From Tubulanus polymorphus (Eukaryota; Animalia; Nemertea), in assembly GCF_964204645.1 (NCBI RefSeq), contig NC_134035.1:4960001-5024000 (forward strand): a DNA stretch of 64,000 nucleotides, read 5' to 3'. Shown piece by piece: positions 63,579-64,000 of this stretch. Within the stretch, counting starts at the first letter, position 1, and every line of letters begins with the position of its first letter. The notes below the pieces were generated by a model. That model made no database searches. It saw only the letters and a list, made by a program, of their open reading frames with translations, and had not been told where the DNA came from. Position numbers and translations under genes: made by a program.

Positions 63579-64000
63579 TTTAAAAGCATTTTCCGTATTG
63601 AAGGTGTTTTCGAGGAATCGAGTTGTAGTGGGGACCCTGTCAATATTTTTTCATATAAAATCAACATAGAACGCGCATAAAATCACACAGGAGGAAGAGA
63701 ATTTCCAAAATCAATCTTGTAAGATCCAGAGGCTAGTTTCACACAAAGTACGTGAGACCCAAGATATAGAGTGAGGCTCGAGCTAATTTTGATTCTTTAC
63801 CGAATCGAACCATACAAGTCTAATAATACGAGTTCATTTCAAAGCCCGAATTGAATTCTCCTATTTCGGGACGGTTCGTCGTTGTAATGAAAGTTTGTAA
63901 ACGGCATAAATTAAAATATAATTTTTGATCGCGGATATCATGATACAAACGAATAAAATCCTATCATCAATAGATTCAACTATAATACAATACATGAGGA

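Overview
This is eukaryotic, AT-rich DNA from an intron-containing animal genome; it looks like an invertebrate, but the taxon cannot be fixed from the sequence. Gene models were built by hand from splice sites and exon phase. Left to right: (1) an ARL6/BBS3 small GTPase with an intronless CDS. (2) A ~18 kb minus-strand tandem array of a 4-exon gene for a ~519-aa secreted, transmembrane-less multi-Ig-like protein: 3 intact copies, 2 pseudogenes and 2 fragments, whose variable patches are shuffled between copies. This is the best candidate here for an uncharacterised diversifying recognition system. (3) A duplicated block with mu-crystallin (CRYM; one intact copy with a GC-AG intron, one pseudogene) and a small signal-peptide, CxxxC-rich peptide gene (both copies damaged). 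(4) A 15-exon KIAA1549/UPF0606-like membrane protein of ~4550 aa with one 11.66 kb Ser/Thr/Pro mucin exon. (5) A 6-exon trypsin-family protease with almost no propeptide. (6) A 61-bp satellite derived from a transposon end. Many non-autonomous DNA elements are interspersed, including a fold-back family whose inverted ends look like a deleted tRNA-Ser. No CRISPR array, rRNA or complete tRNA gene is supported.
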